Origin: Candidatus Heimdallarchaeota archaeon | GTDB lineage: Archaea; Asgardarchaeota; Heimdallarchaeia; Hodarchaeales; Hodarchaeaceae | Length of the DNA: 64,000 nt | Direction of reading: 5' to 3' | Assembly: GCA_020353515.1 (NCBI GenBank) | Contig: CP070695.1 | Span: 473,173-537,172, forward strand | Shown: one piece after another, positions 30,124 through 39,446 of the stretch | Layout of the letters: each line of letters opens with the position of its first letter | How positions within the stretch are numbered: the first letter of the stretch is position 1 | The notes under the pieces: model-generated | Databases searched by the model: none | What the model saw: the letters and a program-made list of their open reading frames with translations, nothing else | Told to the model about the DNA's origin: nothing | Program-made: the position numbers and the translations under genes

Positions 30124-30780
30124 ATGGTGTTTATTATGGAACCAATTTATGAAGAAATGGCAACAAGTGTCGTAGAACTCGACATGGAGAAAGCAAAAAC
30201 CCTTGCACAGAAAGCAATTGATGATAATCTTTCCCTGTTAGAAGTAATAGAAAAAGGCTATGGTACTGGTATTAAAAGAGTGGGAGATTTATGGGATCAG
30301 GGTGAATTCTTTCTTCCAGAGCTCATGAGAGGTGCACAGATAATGCAAGAGGCTGTTGATATTATTACACCTCATCTCGAGGATTCTAGAGCAAGAGAGA
30401 CAAAAGGGAAGGTTATAATGGCAACCATTGAGGGAGATATTCATACGATTGGTAAAACAATCGTTGCAACCCTCCTGAAGGCAAATGGATTTGAAGTTAT
30501 CGACTTGGGAGCAGATGTGAAAGCAGAAACTATTGTAGCTGAGGCTGAAAAACATCAAGCTGATCTTATCGGTGTGTCTGCATTATTAACAACCACAATG
30601 ATGGGACAGAAGAAAGTCATCGAAATACTCGAGCAACAGGGTATAAGAGAAAATTTCAAAGTCATGCTTGGTGGTGCTCCTGTCACCTCGAAATGGGTAG
30701 AAGAGTGTAAAGCAGATGGATACGCTGAAAATGCAGTTTCTGCAGTGACTATTGCCATGAAATTACTCGGCCTCTCTTGA
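30124..30780 (+). CDS. Corrinoid (B12-binding) methyl-carrier protein
   Basis: GEFFLPEL cap, GDIHTIGK, SALLTTT, GGAP. Confidence 0.93.
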   Translation: MVFIMEPIYEEMATSVVELDMEKAKTLAQKAIDDNLSLLEVIEKGYGTGIKRVGDLWDQGEFFLPELMRGAQIMQEAVDIITPHLEDSRARETKGKVIMATIEGDIHTIGKTIVATLLKANGFEVIDLGADVKAETIVAEAEKHQADLIGVSALLTTTMMGQKKVIEILEQQGIRENFKVMLGGAPVTSKWVEECKADGYAENAVSAVTIAMKLLGLS

Positions 30781-30805
30781 AAAAGGAAAGAGGATTAGAT
30801 TCACA

Positions 30806-31693
30806 ATGGAGTTTCTCTCTCTATTACAGAAAAAGGAGATTTTACTGTTTGATGGAGCTTTGGGAACCGAACTAATGCTGAGAGGTTTAAAACCTAGAGA
30901 TGTTCCTGATAAATGGAATTTAGATCGTCCAGAGGTTATTAAAGAAGTTTTTGAGCAATACTATAATGCTGGTAGCGATATAGTACAAACTGCGACATTT
31001 AGAGCAAATGGTGTTGCTCTAGAAAAATATGGCATCGAGAACCTGATTGAGGATATAAATAAAAGCTCCGGGGAAATATTAAGAAGCGTATGTCCCCCAG
31101 ACAAATGTGTAATAGGTGATATAGGGCCTTCTGGGGAGTTCCTAGAACCAGTTGGTAAAGCATCGATCAATGACCTAAAAAAAGGCTTTCAAAAACAAGC
31201 TAAAGCACTAGCTCCATTTGTTGATGCTTGGCACCTCGAGACATTTTCTGATATAAGAGAAATGAAAGCAGCAATTCTAGCTGTTCAAATTGAATCGAAT
31301 AAACCAATCATAGCTAGTATGACATACCAAAGGACACCTAAAGGATACTTCACTATAATGGGTAATACTCTTATTGATTGTGTTTCGGAACTTCTTAATT
31401 CAGGAGTCGCTATTATTGGATCAAATTGCACTCTTAGTAGTAATGATTTTTTTGATCTTATGAAAACTATGAGAGCTGTAGCTCCAAAGATTCCTCTTTC
31501 AATTAAACCAAACGCAGGTAACCCAGAACTAGAAAATGGAAAGTCAATCTACAAACAACCGCCAGAAGACTTTGCAAAAGATATTAAAAAAATCCTTGAA
31601 CACGACGGCCAGATAGTAGGAGGCTGTTGTGGCACAGGACCTACTCATATTAAGTTACTTCGAAAAATAATTGATGAACTCCGAGGAGGATAA
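30806..31693 (+). CDS. Homocysteine S-methyltransferase (stand-alone MetH N-terminal domain)
   Basis: DGALGT, DIGPSG, LETF, GSNC, PNAG, GGCCGT zinc site. Confidence 0.92.
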   Translation: MEFLSLLQKKEILLFDGALGTELMLRGLKPRDVPDKWNLDRPEVIKEVFEQYYNAGSDIVQTATFRANGVALEKYGIENLIEDINKSSGEILRSVCPPDKCVIGDIGPSGEFLEPVGKASINDLKKGFQKQAKALAPFVDAWHLETFSDIREMKAAILAVQIESNKPIIASMTYQRTPKGYFTIMGNTLIDCVSELLNSGVAIIGSNCTLSSNDFFDLMKTMRAVAPKIPLSIKPNAGNPELENGKSIYKQPPEDFAKDIKKILEHDGQIVGGCCGTGPTHIKLLRKIIDELRGG

Positions 31694-31699
31694 TGTTTA

Positions 31700-33142
31700 T
31701 TGACCGTAATACGCCCAAAAATTGAATTATTAACAAATGAATACAAAGAAAAGATATATCAAGAAGCAAAAGCCATTCTTCGTACTCAAGGCGTCGAAAT
31801 AGAAAATCCTGAAGCACGAAGTCTATTAAATGAGGAAGGAGTTGAAAATGAGGCAGACAGATACTTCATCCCAGGGGATTTAGTTGACAAGTTACGGGCT
31901 TATGCTCCTTCAGAAATTAAATTATTTGATAGAGAAGGAAAAGAAGTAATAAAACTCTCACAAGACAACATTCATTTTGATCCTGGATCAGCAGCAATTT
32001 TTATCCAGGATTTAAAATCAGGTAATATAAGAGAAGCTTTATCAACAGATTATATCAAGTTCTCAAAGATTGTCGATCATTTACCTAATATTGATGCACA
32101 GTCGACGGCTATAGTTTATTCAGATGTCTCTAGTGATGCACAGGATTGGCATCGATTATATCTTGCTCTTCTTAACTGTTCCAAACCAATTGTTACAGGT
32201 ACTTTTCGAACAGAAAGTTTTGCGATAATGAGAAACCTTTTGGAATTGACTAGAACATCAAGTGATAAGTTAGCAGAAAAACCACTAGCGATCTTTGATG
32301 CCTGTCCAAGTCCTCCACTTATGTGGTCAAACCTCACTACCCAAAGTGTAATTGATGCCTCAATAAGTGGAATCCCTTCTGAGTTTGTTAGCATGCCTCT
32401 TGCTGGATCTACTGCTCCTATTACGTTGATCGGATGTGTTACCCAACATACTGCAGAATGTTTAGCAGGTCTTGTTATTGCTCAATTAGCAAAGCGAAAT
32501 GCACCTGTCATTTGGGGTGGGTCTCCAGCTGTTTTTGACATGAAATATGGGACAACTCCAATGGGAGCTATTGACACAATGATGATTAATATTGCAGATG
32601 TTGAAATGGGAAAGTTCCTCAATCTCCCCACTAATGCTTACATGTCATTATCTGATTCAAAAGTCCCTGACGCTCAAGCTGGTTTTGAGGGAGGTATGGG
32701 TGCTTTATTAGCTGGATTAACTGGAGTAAATATGATAGCTGGACCAGGAATGCTTGATTATGAATCAACTCAGAGTTTTGAAAAATTAGTCATTGATAAT
32801 GAAATTGTAGGGATGGTTAAACGGTTTGTTCAAGGAATTAGTGATTATGGTGAACCTTTCGCCCAATCTATCCTCAAAGATTATGATAGTAATGTTTCAC
32901 TTCTATCTCACCCAACAACTCTGAAGCTCTTTCGAAAAGAGCTCTATCTTCCATTCATTGTTGAAGGGGTTCAAATAATAAATAGAGAAACCCGTGAATT
33001 GTGGAAATTAAGCGGTGAAATGTCCGCACGACAAAGAGCGAAAGAAATCGCCATTAAACTCAGTGAACGATCACCAAAACACTCTATTGATGATTCCCTC
33101 AAAAAAGAGTTAGAAAAAATCGCTGAGAAAAATCTAAATTGA
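31700..33142 (+). CDS. MttB-superfamily methylamine:corrinoid methyltransferase, no pyrrolysine
   Basis: SPPL, AGSTAPITLIG, SDSKVPDAQAGFE, EKLVIDNEI; no in-frame TAG. Confidence 0.88.
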   Translation: MTVIRPKIELLTNEYKEKIYQEAKAILRTQGVEIENPEARSLLNEEGVENEADRYFIPGDLVDKLRAYAPSEIKLFDREGKEVIKLSQDNIHFDPGSAAIFIQDLKSGNIREALSTDYIKFSKIVDHLPNIDAQSTAIVYSDVSSDAQDWHRLYLALLNCSKPIVTGTFRTESFAIMRNLLELTRTSSDKLAEKPLAIFDACPSPPLMWSNLTTQSVIDASISGIPSEFVSMPLAGSTAPITLIGCVTQHTAECLAGLVIAQLAKRNAPVIWGGSPAVFDMKYGTTPMGAIDTMMINIADVEMGKFLNLPTNAYMSLSDSKVPDAQAGFEGGMGALLAGLTGVNMIAGPGMLDYESTQSFEKLVIDNEIVGMVKRFVQGISDYGEPFAQSILKDYDSNVSLLSHPTTLKLFRKELYLPFIVEGVQIINRETRELWKLSGEMSARQRAKEIAIKLSERSPKHSIDDSLKKELEKIAEKNLN

Positions 33143-33203
33143 AGCATAGCGCCTTAACATCTTAATATCTCTCTCGATTAGATGTATGTGAGTTGAAAAG
33201 AGC

Positions 33204-34286
33204 ATGAGTGAAGAAATCATTTACATAGATGTTAAAACTTTGTATAATTTCATGCGAGATGTTTTTATTGGTCTTAAAGTGCCAAAAAAAGATGCTAAAA
33301 TATGTGCTGATGTTCTCATTAGTTCAGATCTACGAGGAATAGAATCACATGGTGTGCAGAGACTAAAAATGTACTATGATCGAATCATTTCTGAGATTCA
33401 AAAACCAATTACGAAATTTGAAATTATCAAGGAGACAGAGACTACTGCTTTGATAGATGCGGGTCATGGTATGGGACACGTCGCCGGTCATCACGCGATG
33501 GAGTTAGCTATTAAAAAAGCTAAGAAATTTGGTACAGGTGCTGTTGCAGTCAGAAATTCGACTCACTATGGTATTGCAGGATATTACGCCTTGATGGCAA
33601 TTCAAGAAGGAATGATTGGCTTAACTTTGACTAACGCTCGGCCTTCTATTGCTCCCACGTTTGGTGTAGATCCAATGCTTGGTACTAATCCTTTAACCAT
33701 TGGATGTCCAACAGATGAAGACTTTCCTTTTCTAATTGATTGCGCTACTTCGATAACACAAAGAGGGAAAATTGAAGTATTGGCAAGAACAGAAACACCA
33801 ACTCCCTCTGGTTGGGTAATAGATACAAATGGAACACTATCAACAGATACAGTTGATATCTTAGACAAATTAATGAAAGGAACTGCAGCATTACTTCCCT
33901 TAGGTGGAGCGGGAGAAACCCTAGGAGGACATAAAGGTTATGGATATGGAACTGCTGTTGAAATTATATCAGCAGCATTAACAGGGGGGCCCTTCATGAA
34001 AGACTTAACACTTGAAAGAGGTTATAAATTAGGTCATTTCTTCCTAGCAATCAACATTGAAAGTTTTCTCCCACTAGAAACATTCAAGAAGATCGCAGGG
34101 AATATTGTGAGGGAGTTAAGAAACTCAAAGAAAGCACCAGGACAATCAAGAATTTATACCGCTGGTGAGAAAGAATACGAGATGGAGACCCAACGACGTA
34201 AAACTGGTATTCCAATCAACTCATCAATTCTAAAAGACCTTTTAGTAATGCGGGAAATGCTAGAATTGTCTGATTACTCATTTTAG
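33204..34286 (+). CDS. Ldh_2 family (malate/L-lactate/ureidoglycolate-type) oxidoreductase
   Basis: GIESHG, NSTHYG, GTNP, GHKGYG. Confidence 0.9.
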   Translation: MSEEIIYIDVKTLYNFMRDVFIGLKVPKKDAKICADVLISSDLRGIESHGVQRLKMYYDRIISEIQKPITKFEIIKETETTALIDAGHGMGHVAGHHAMELAIKKAKKFGTGAVAVRNSTHYGIAGYYALMAIQEGMIGLTLTNARPSIAPTFGVDPMLGTNPLTIGCPTDEDFPFLIDCATSITQRGKIEVLARTETPTPSGWVIDTNGTLSTDTVDILDKLMKGTAALLPLGGAGETLGGHKGYGYGTAVEIISAALTGGPFMKDLTLERGYKLGHFFLAINIESFLPLETFKKIAGNIVRELRNSKKAPGQSRIYTAGEKEYEMETQRRKTGIPINSSILKDLLVMREMLELSDYSF

Positions 34287-34300
34287 CGCTTTTAAAGCGC
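34286..34300. terminator. Short inverted repeat GCGCTTT-T-AAAGCGC between convergent genes
   Basis: Seen directly between the stops at 34286 and 34308. Confidence 0.3.
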
Positions 34301-34307
34301 ATTTTCC

Positions 34308-35324
34308 TTATCCTTTCGAATTATTCCTTTCATTTGAGTATTGGGGAGCTGTTTCTGACAGTCTTCGTGCTCCTAAACAAACGCGACATGTTTTAAACTG
34401 TTTTCTAGCAAATGGAGTATGTCTACCGCAGACTTGACAATGACGATACTCTACGAAGGCTCTTTTCAGTTTTTTTTCCCAAAAATGCGAGACAATCATT
34501 TTCGTTGAACAAACTTGATAGGCTGAATCGATCTGGAGCTCGAAAGAACTTTGACCAAAAAGGATTTCATGAGATACTACAGGGCCAAAAGAAGAAACAT
34601 TAATACATTGCGTTTTTCCAATGAATTCTGAATACCCACCACAGTAATGAACATGCCCAAAGATTGAAAGAATTGGTTGATAAGTTTCAATTAGTTCTCG
34701 TAAATAATATGACCCTATGTGACGGCTCCCTAGACTAGAGAAGTCGAGTACACCCCTAGGTGCGCAATGTGTCATGAAGATTGTATTATGTCTTTCATCT
34801 GGACTGAGATCTTGAAGTAATTTTTCAAAATCTTTTTGAATAGCAGGTTCGTCCCAGCATTTCCCGCTATGATCATCTGTGGTTTTATTAGCATCCGCAT
34901 ATCCTAAAATCGGAATATTCTTGATATAACAGATGTTTTTATGACAATCATGGAAATTCTGGAACTCATCACAAAACCATTCACGTAATTCATCCGTGAT
35001 AGGAGTATCCTGATAGATGTTGTCTTTTTCGAAATCCATTACATCAGTATTTCCCCATACAAAGAATACAGGAACAGAACCATTATTCAGAGCTTTAAGT
35101 ACACCATCATTCTTGATATGACCTTTAATTTGAGTTGAATGATTTTTCTCTACTCCAAGATTCCACATATAGTCTTGAAGATCTCCAGCGATAAGAATAA
35201 CGTCTGGTTTTCGTTGAATGAGATTACGAATTAGCTTTTCTTGAGGTACAACTCTAATATTCCTTGGAAGAGAAACAGGATTGCCTTGATGAAGATCAGA
35301 AATAGCAATCAGCTTAATGGTCAA
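34308..35324 (-). CDS. Metallophosphoesterase with C-terminal CxxC..CxxC zinc ribbon
   Basis: SDLH, AGD, GNTD, TH, GHVH; CQVC...CRVC. Confidence 0.85.
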   Translation of the reverse strand: MTIKLIAISDLHQGNPVSLPRNIRVVPQEKLIRNLIQRKPDVILIAGDLQDYMWNLGVEKNHSTQIKGHIKNDGVLKALNNGSVPVFFVWGNTDVMDFEKDNIYQDTPITDELREWFCDEFQNFHDCHKNICYIKNIPILGYADANKTTDDHSGKCWDEPAIQKDFEKLLQDLSPDERHNTIFMTHCAPRGVLDFSSLGSRHIGSYYLRELIETYQPILSIFGHVHYCGGYSEFIGKTQCINVSSFGPVVSHEILFGQSSFELQIDSAYQVCSTKMIVSHFWEKKLKRAFVEYRHCQVCGRHTPFARKQFKTCRVCLGARRLSETAPQYSNERNNSKG

Positions 35325-35755
35325 ATAGTGAACCTCGCGTTAATCTAGAATAACAGATCCATTATTTGGGTTAAAATTCTGTCGTTAATGTCTATTTCAT
35401 CCAATCTTCTTTATTATAGAAATATTTTTGCGTATTCTTTGATATAACAATAAAGATATATCATCACAAGGAATGAAAAATATTTTTTACTTTTAAATCT
35501 ATAAACAAACTTAATTTTACTAGTAGATCTACGAATACAACTCTGTAATACATTATTGCTACGTCAAAAGAACGTTACCATTTTCAGTTGATTGAAGGGG
35601 GATTTAGGAATAAGTTCAGTTTAAAAGAAAGATCCTTAAAAAATCATCAAAAAGTAATTAAAATATTAATTCATCATTAACGCATAACTCTGAAACTTAT
35701 ACAGAAGTTTATTGGGCATTAAATGGTATATATTTCCTAAAAGCGGTAGACTATA

Positions 35756-36649
35756 ATGAATATCTTTAATAAATCCCCAGGAGCTAGACTTAAAGAAGCC
35801 CTTGATCAAGAACGACCCTTACAAATCGTTGGAACTATCAATGCACTAATGGCTATGATGGCGAAACGTGCTGGATTTCGTACCATCTATCTTTCAGGCG
35901 CAGGAGTAGCAAATGCTTCTTATGGTTTACCTGATCTAGGTATAACGACGCTTGATAACGTTGCAGAGGATTCTCGGCGCATTACTGATGTTGTAGACCT
36001 ACCATTATTAGTTGACATTGACACGGGTTTTGGAGCAACAGCTTTTTCTATAAATCGGACAATCAAGACTTTGGAGAAAGTAGGAGTAGCAGGGGTTCAT
36101 ATAGAGGATCAAGAAGCTCAAAAACGATGTGGCCACCGACCAAGAAAAAAAATTGTTTCCACAGAAGAGATGTGTGACAGAATAAAGGCAGCTGCAGATG
36201 CTTGTAAGAATCCTGACTTTATGATCATGGCTCGGACAGATACTCTAGCTAATGAGGGACTTCAAGGTGCTATAGATCGAATACATCAATATATTGCAGC
36301 TGGCGCGAATGCTATATTTCCTGAAGCGTTCACATCACTTGAGGAATATAAAGCAATAACTAATGTAATTTCAGTACCAGTTCTCGCTAATATAACAGAG
36401 TTTGGGAAAACACCTCTGTTTTCTGTTGAAGAATTAAGCTCAGTAGGAGTTTCTATGGTTTTGTATCCCCTTACAGCATTTAGAGCAATGAATAAAGCAG
36501 CAGAGAAAGTCTATTCAACTCTCCGAAAGCAAGGAACACAAAAATCTTTACTTGATATAATGCAGACCAGAGCCGAACTATACGAATTATTGGATTATTA
36601 TAGATGGGAAAACATTCTTGACCAATTAGGAGAGAGAAATAATGTCTAA
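35756..36649 (+). CDS. prpB: 2-methylisocitrate lyase
   Basis: [37 protein letters not shown]. Confidence 0.95.
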   Translation: MNIFNKSPGARLKEALDQERPLQIVGTINALMAMMAKRAGFRTIYLSGAGVANASYGLPDLGITTLDNVAEDSRRITDVVDLPLLVDIDTGFGATAFSINRTIKTLEKVGVAGVHIEDQEAQKRCGHRPRKKIVSTEEMCDRIKAAADACKNPDFMIMARTDTLANEGLQGAIDRIHQYIAAGANAIFPEAFTSLEEYKAITNVISVPVLANITEFGKTPLFSVEELSSVGVSMVLYPLTAFRAMNKAAEKVYSTLRKQGTQKSLLDIMQTRAELYELLDYYRWENILDQLGERNNV

Positions 36650-37784
36650 AAGAAAGCTGAAGGTTAAATACAAAATTGATCCAGGATTAAGGGGTATAAA
36701 TGTGGGCACTACTGAAATTTGCCCTGTAGGAGAAGAAGAGATACATCTATCTTACCGTGGTTACTTGATTGAAGATTTAGCAATGGCTTGCACTTATGAA
36801 GAAGTTTCACACCTCCTAATTCATGGAGAACTTCCCAATAAATATCAATTATCAGAATGGTCATCACAACTTAGTGAAAATCGTTTTTTCCCCAAAAATC
36901 TGCAAAGAATACTAGATACTTTACCAAAGAACACACATCCAATGTCTGTATTACGTACAGCCATATCTACTCTAGGAACAATCGAACCAGAACAAGGCCT
37001 AGAGGGAAAAATGCAAGCTCTCCGAATACTAGGGATTTTACCTAGTATTATAGGTTATTGGGAAAAGAGAAGAGGTTCATATGATAAGGAGGTTCCTTTG
37101 GGTTCTTCAGAAGACACTATTGCTGGTTATCTCTTACATATGATTAATGGTGAGGCTCCATCAACTATTGATACACAAACTATGGACACTTCTTTAATCC
37201 TCTATGCTGAACATGAATATGCAGCATCTACATACGCTGCTCGCGTGTGTGCTTCAACACTTGCTGATTACTATTCATGTATTACAACAGCGATTGGAAC
37301 ACTTTCAGGTCCTCTTAATGGAGGAGCAAACGAAGCAGCGATAAAACTTCTGTTAAGTTTTGATAACAGTGATACAGCTGAAAGCAAGGTACGCCATATG
37401 CTCCGAGATAAAGAATTAGTAATGGGATTTGGCCATGCAGTATATGCTGATCATGATCCCCGTTCATTAATCGTTAAAGAACGAGCTCGTAAACTATCTA
37501 ATGAGAAAAAAGAATTTTCAGAACTTTTTAAAATTGCAGAAGCAGTGGAAAGAGTTATGCGAGAACATAACCTCTTTCCTAATTTGGACTTTTATACTGC
37601 AACAGTTTATCACATATTAGGTATTAACTCTCATTTATTTACACCGATATTCGTTGTTAGTAGATCAAGTGGATGGGCTGCTCATGTTCTTGAACAACGT
37701 CAAAATAATAAGCTTATTCGCCCTACAGCGGAATATATCGGCCCTAAAGAACGTGTTCTTCCTTCACTTTCTGAAAGGAAATAA
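36642..37784 (+). CDS. prpC: 2-methylcitrate synthase / citrate synthase family
   Basis: YRGY, HPM, AEHE..AST, MGFGH, FPNLD, LIRP; operon position; LHGGAN reads LNGGAN here. Confidence 0.85.
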   Translation: MSKRKLKVKYKIDPGLRGINVGTTEICPVGEEEIHLSYRGYLIEDLAMACTYEEVSHLLIHGELPNKYQLSEWSSQLSENRFFPKNLQRILDTLPKNTHPMSVLRTAISTLGTIEPEQGLEGKMQALRILGILPSIIGYWEKRRGSYDKEVPLGSSEDTIAGYLLHMINGEAPSTIDTQTMDTSLILYAEHEYAASTYAARVCASTLADYYSCITTAIGTLSGPLNGGANEAAIKLLLSFDNSDTAESKVRHMLRDKELVMGFGHAVYADHDPRSLIVKERARKLSNEKKEFSELFKIAEAVERVMREHNLFPNLDFYTATVYHILGINSHLFTPIFVVSRSSGWAAHVLEQRQNNKLIRPTAEYIGPKERVLPSLSERK

Positions 37785-37837
37785 TTTTCTTGATTTTAAA
37801 CTGATTTCAATCCCAATAGAAAAAGGAGAGTCAAAAG

Positions 37838-39259
37838 ATGTCAGATCTAATAGACAAAGAAATGGTAGATATTGCTGATTATGTATTAAATTATACTCCT
37901 GATTCTGATGAAGCATATAACACAGCACGCTTATGTTTAATGGATAGTATTGGTGGTGCAGTTTTAGCATTACGATTTCCAGAATGTACTAAAATGCTGG
38001 GACCAGTGATACCTGGTACAGTTGTACCCCACGGTTCTCGTGTTCCTGGTACAACCTATGAGCTAGATCCAATCACTGCTGCTTTTAATATTGGAGTTTT
38101 GATCCGTTGGTTAGATTATAATGATACGTGGTTAGCTGCAGAATGGGGGCATCCTAGTGATAATTTGGGTGCGATTTTAAGTCTAGCTGACTACTTATCC
38201 CGAAAGAACATTGTTAACGGATTAGAACCCCTTACTATGCGAGATGTATTTTCTTGGATGATCAAGGCTTATGAGATTCAAGGTGTGATGGCTTTGGAGA
38301 ATAGCTTCAATCAGCGTGGGATCGACCATGTCATTCTGGTTAAATTGGCTAGTGCAGCTATTGCAGCTGGAATACTTGGCTGTAATAAGAAGCAAATAAT
38401 CAATACAATATCCCAGGTTTGGTGTGATGTCGGGCCATTAAGGACATATCGTCATGCCCCAAATACTGGCAGTAGAAAAAGTTGGGCTGCAGGAGATGCC
38501 ACGAGTCGAGGTGTTTTTCTTGCGATACAGTCCCTACGAGGCGAAATGGGATATAATACTTGCCTCAGTGCGTCAAAATGGGGCTTTTACGATCGTATAT
38601 GGGGCGGAGAACGGTTTAAATTCCAACTTCCTTATGGAAGTTATGTCATTGAGAATGTTCTTTTTAAAGTTGGTTATCCTGCGGAATTCCACGGTCAATC
38701 AGCTGTAGAAGCAGCAATTCAACTTCATCCAGAAATTATTGATCGTCTAGAAGAAATCGAAAGAATAGAAATTATAACACACGAAGCTGCAATACGTATT
38801 ATAGATAAAAAGGGTCCTTTACACAATCCGGCGGATCGAGACCATTGCCTTCAATATATGGTCGCTATTGGTTTAATCTCTGGTAATGTTGTCTATGAGG
38901 ATTATGAAGAAGAACGTGCTTCAAATCCGCGCATTGATGAGTTAAGAGAGAAAATGGATGTTAAAGAGAACCCTCAGTATACAAAGGATTATCACGATCC
39001 TGAGAAACGCTCTATAACCAATTCAGTTCAGGTTTTCTTCAAAGATGGAACTAAAACTGAAAAAGTCATGATTGAATACCCATTGGGCCACAGACGAAGA
39101 AGAGCAGAAGCAATCCCTCTGTTAGAGGATAAATTTCTTAATAACATCTCAGCTAGATATCCTGAAAAAAAAGTAGAAGATCTTGAGGCATTATTTAAAG
39201 ATCAACAAAGACTAGAACAGATACCAGTTCATCTTTTCATGGAGTTTCTTCAAGCTTGA
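37838..39259 (+). CDS. prpD: 2-methylcitrate dehydratase
   Basis: WLDYNDTWLAAEWGHPSDN, YRHAPNTGSRKSWAAG, PAEFH, EYPLGHRRRR. Confidence 0.95.
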   Translation: MSDLIDKEMVDIADYVLNYTPDSDEAYNTARLCLMDSIGGAVLALRFPECTKMLGPVIPGTVVPHGSRVPGTTYELDPITAAFNIGVLIRWLDYNDTWLAAEWGHPSDNLGAILSLADYLSRKNIVNGLEPLTMRDVFSWMIKAYEIQGVMALENSFNQRGIDHVILVKLASAAIAAGILGCNKKQIINTISQVWCDVGPLRTYRHAPNTGSRKSWAAGDATSRGVFLAIQSLRGEMGYNTCLSASKWGFYDRIWGGERFKFQLPYGSYVIENVLFKVGYPAEFHGQSAVEAAIQLHPEIIDRLEEIERIEIITHEAAIRIIDKKGPLHNPADRDHCLQYMVAIGLISGNVVYEDYEEERASNPRIDELREKMDVKENPQYTKDYHDPEKRSITNSVQVFFKDGTKTEKVMIEYPLGHRRRRAEAIPLLEDKFLNNISARYPEKKVEDLEALFKDQQRLEQIPVHLFMEFLQA

Positions 39260-39446
39260 GATCATAAATTATCTTCAATGTCATTTTCTTCTTAGTATCT
39301 AAAAGAAAAATCAGTGTAGTAATTAAATTACAGCTATTTTTCAATATTTAAACCATTTATTTTATAAAATACCTTATAAGGGAAGGAAAAGCATTTCCAT
39401 TAACAACCTATTTATTCTCAGGACTTAATTAGGAAGTCTAATAAAG

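Noticed and set aside
31700-33142. Pyrrolysine recoding in the MttB homolog
   Set aside because: The ORF is continuous with no in-frame TAG, and there are no pyl genes in the window
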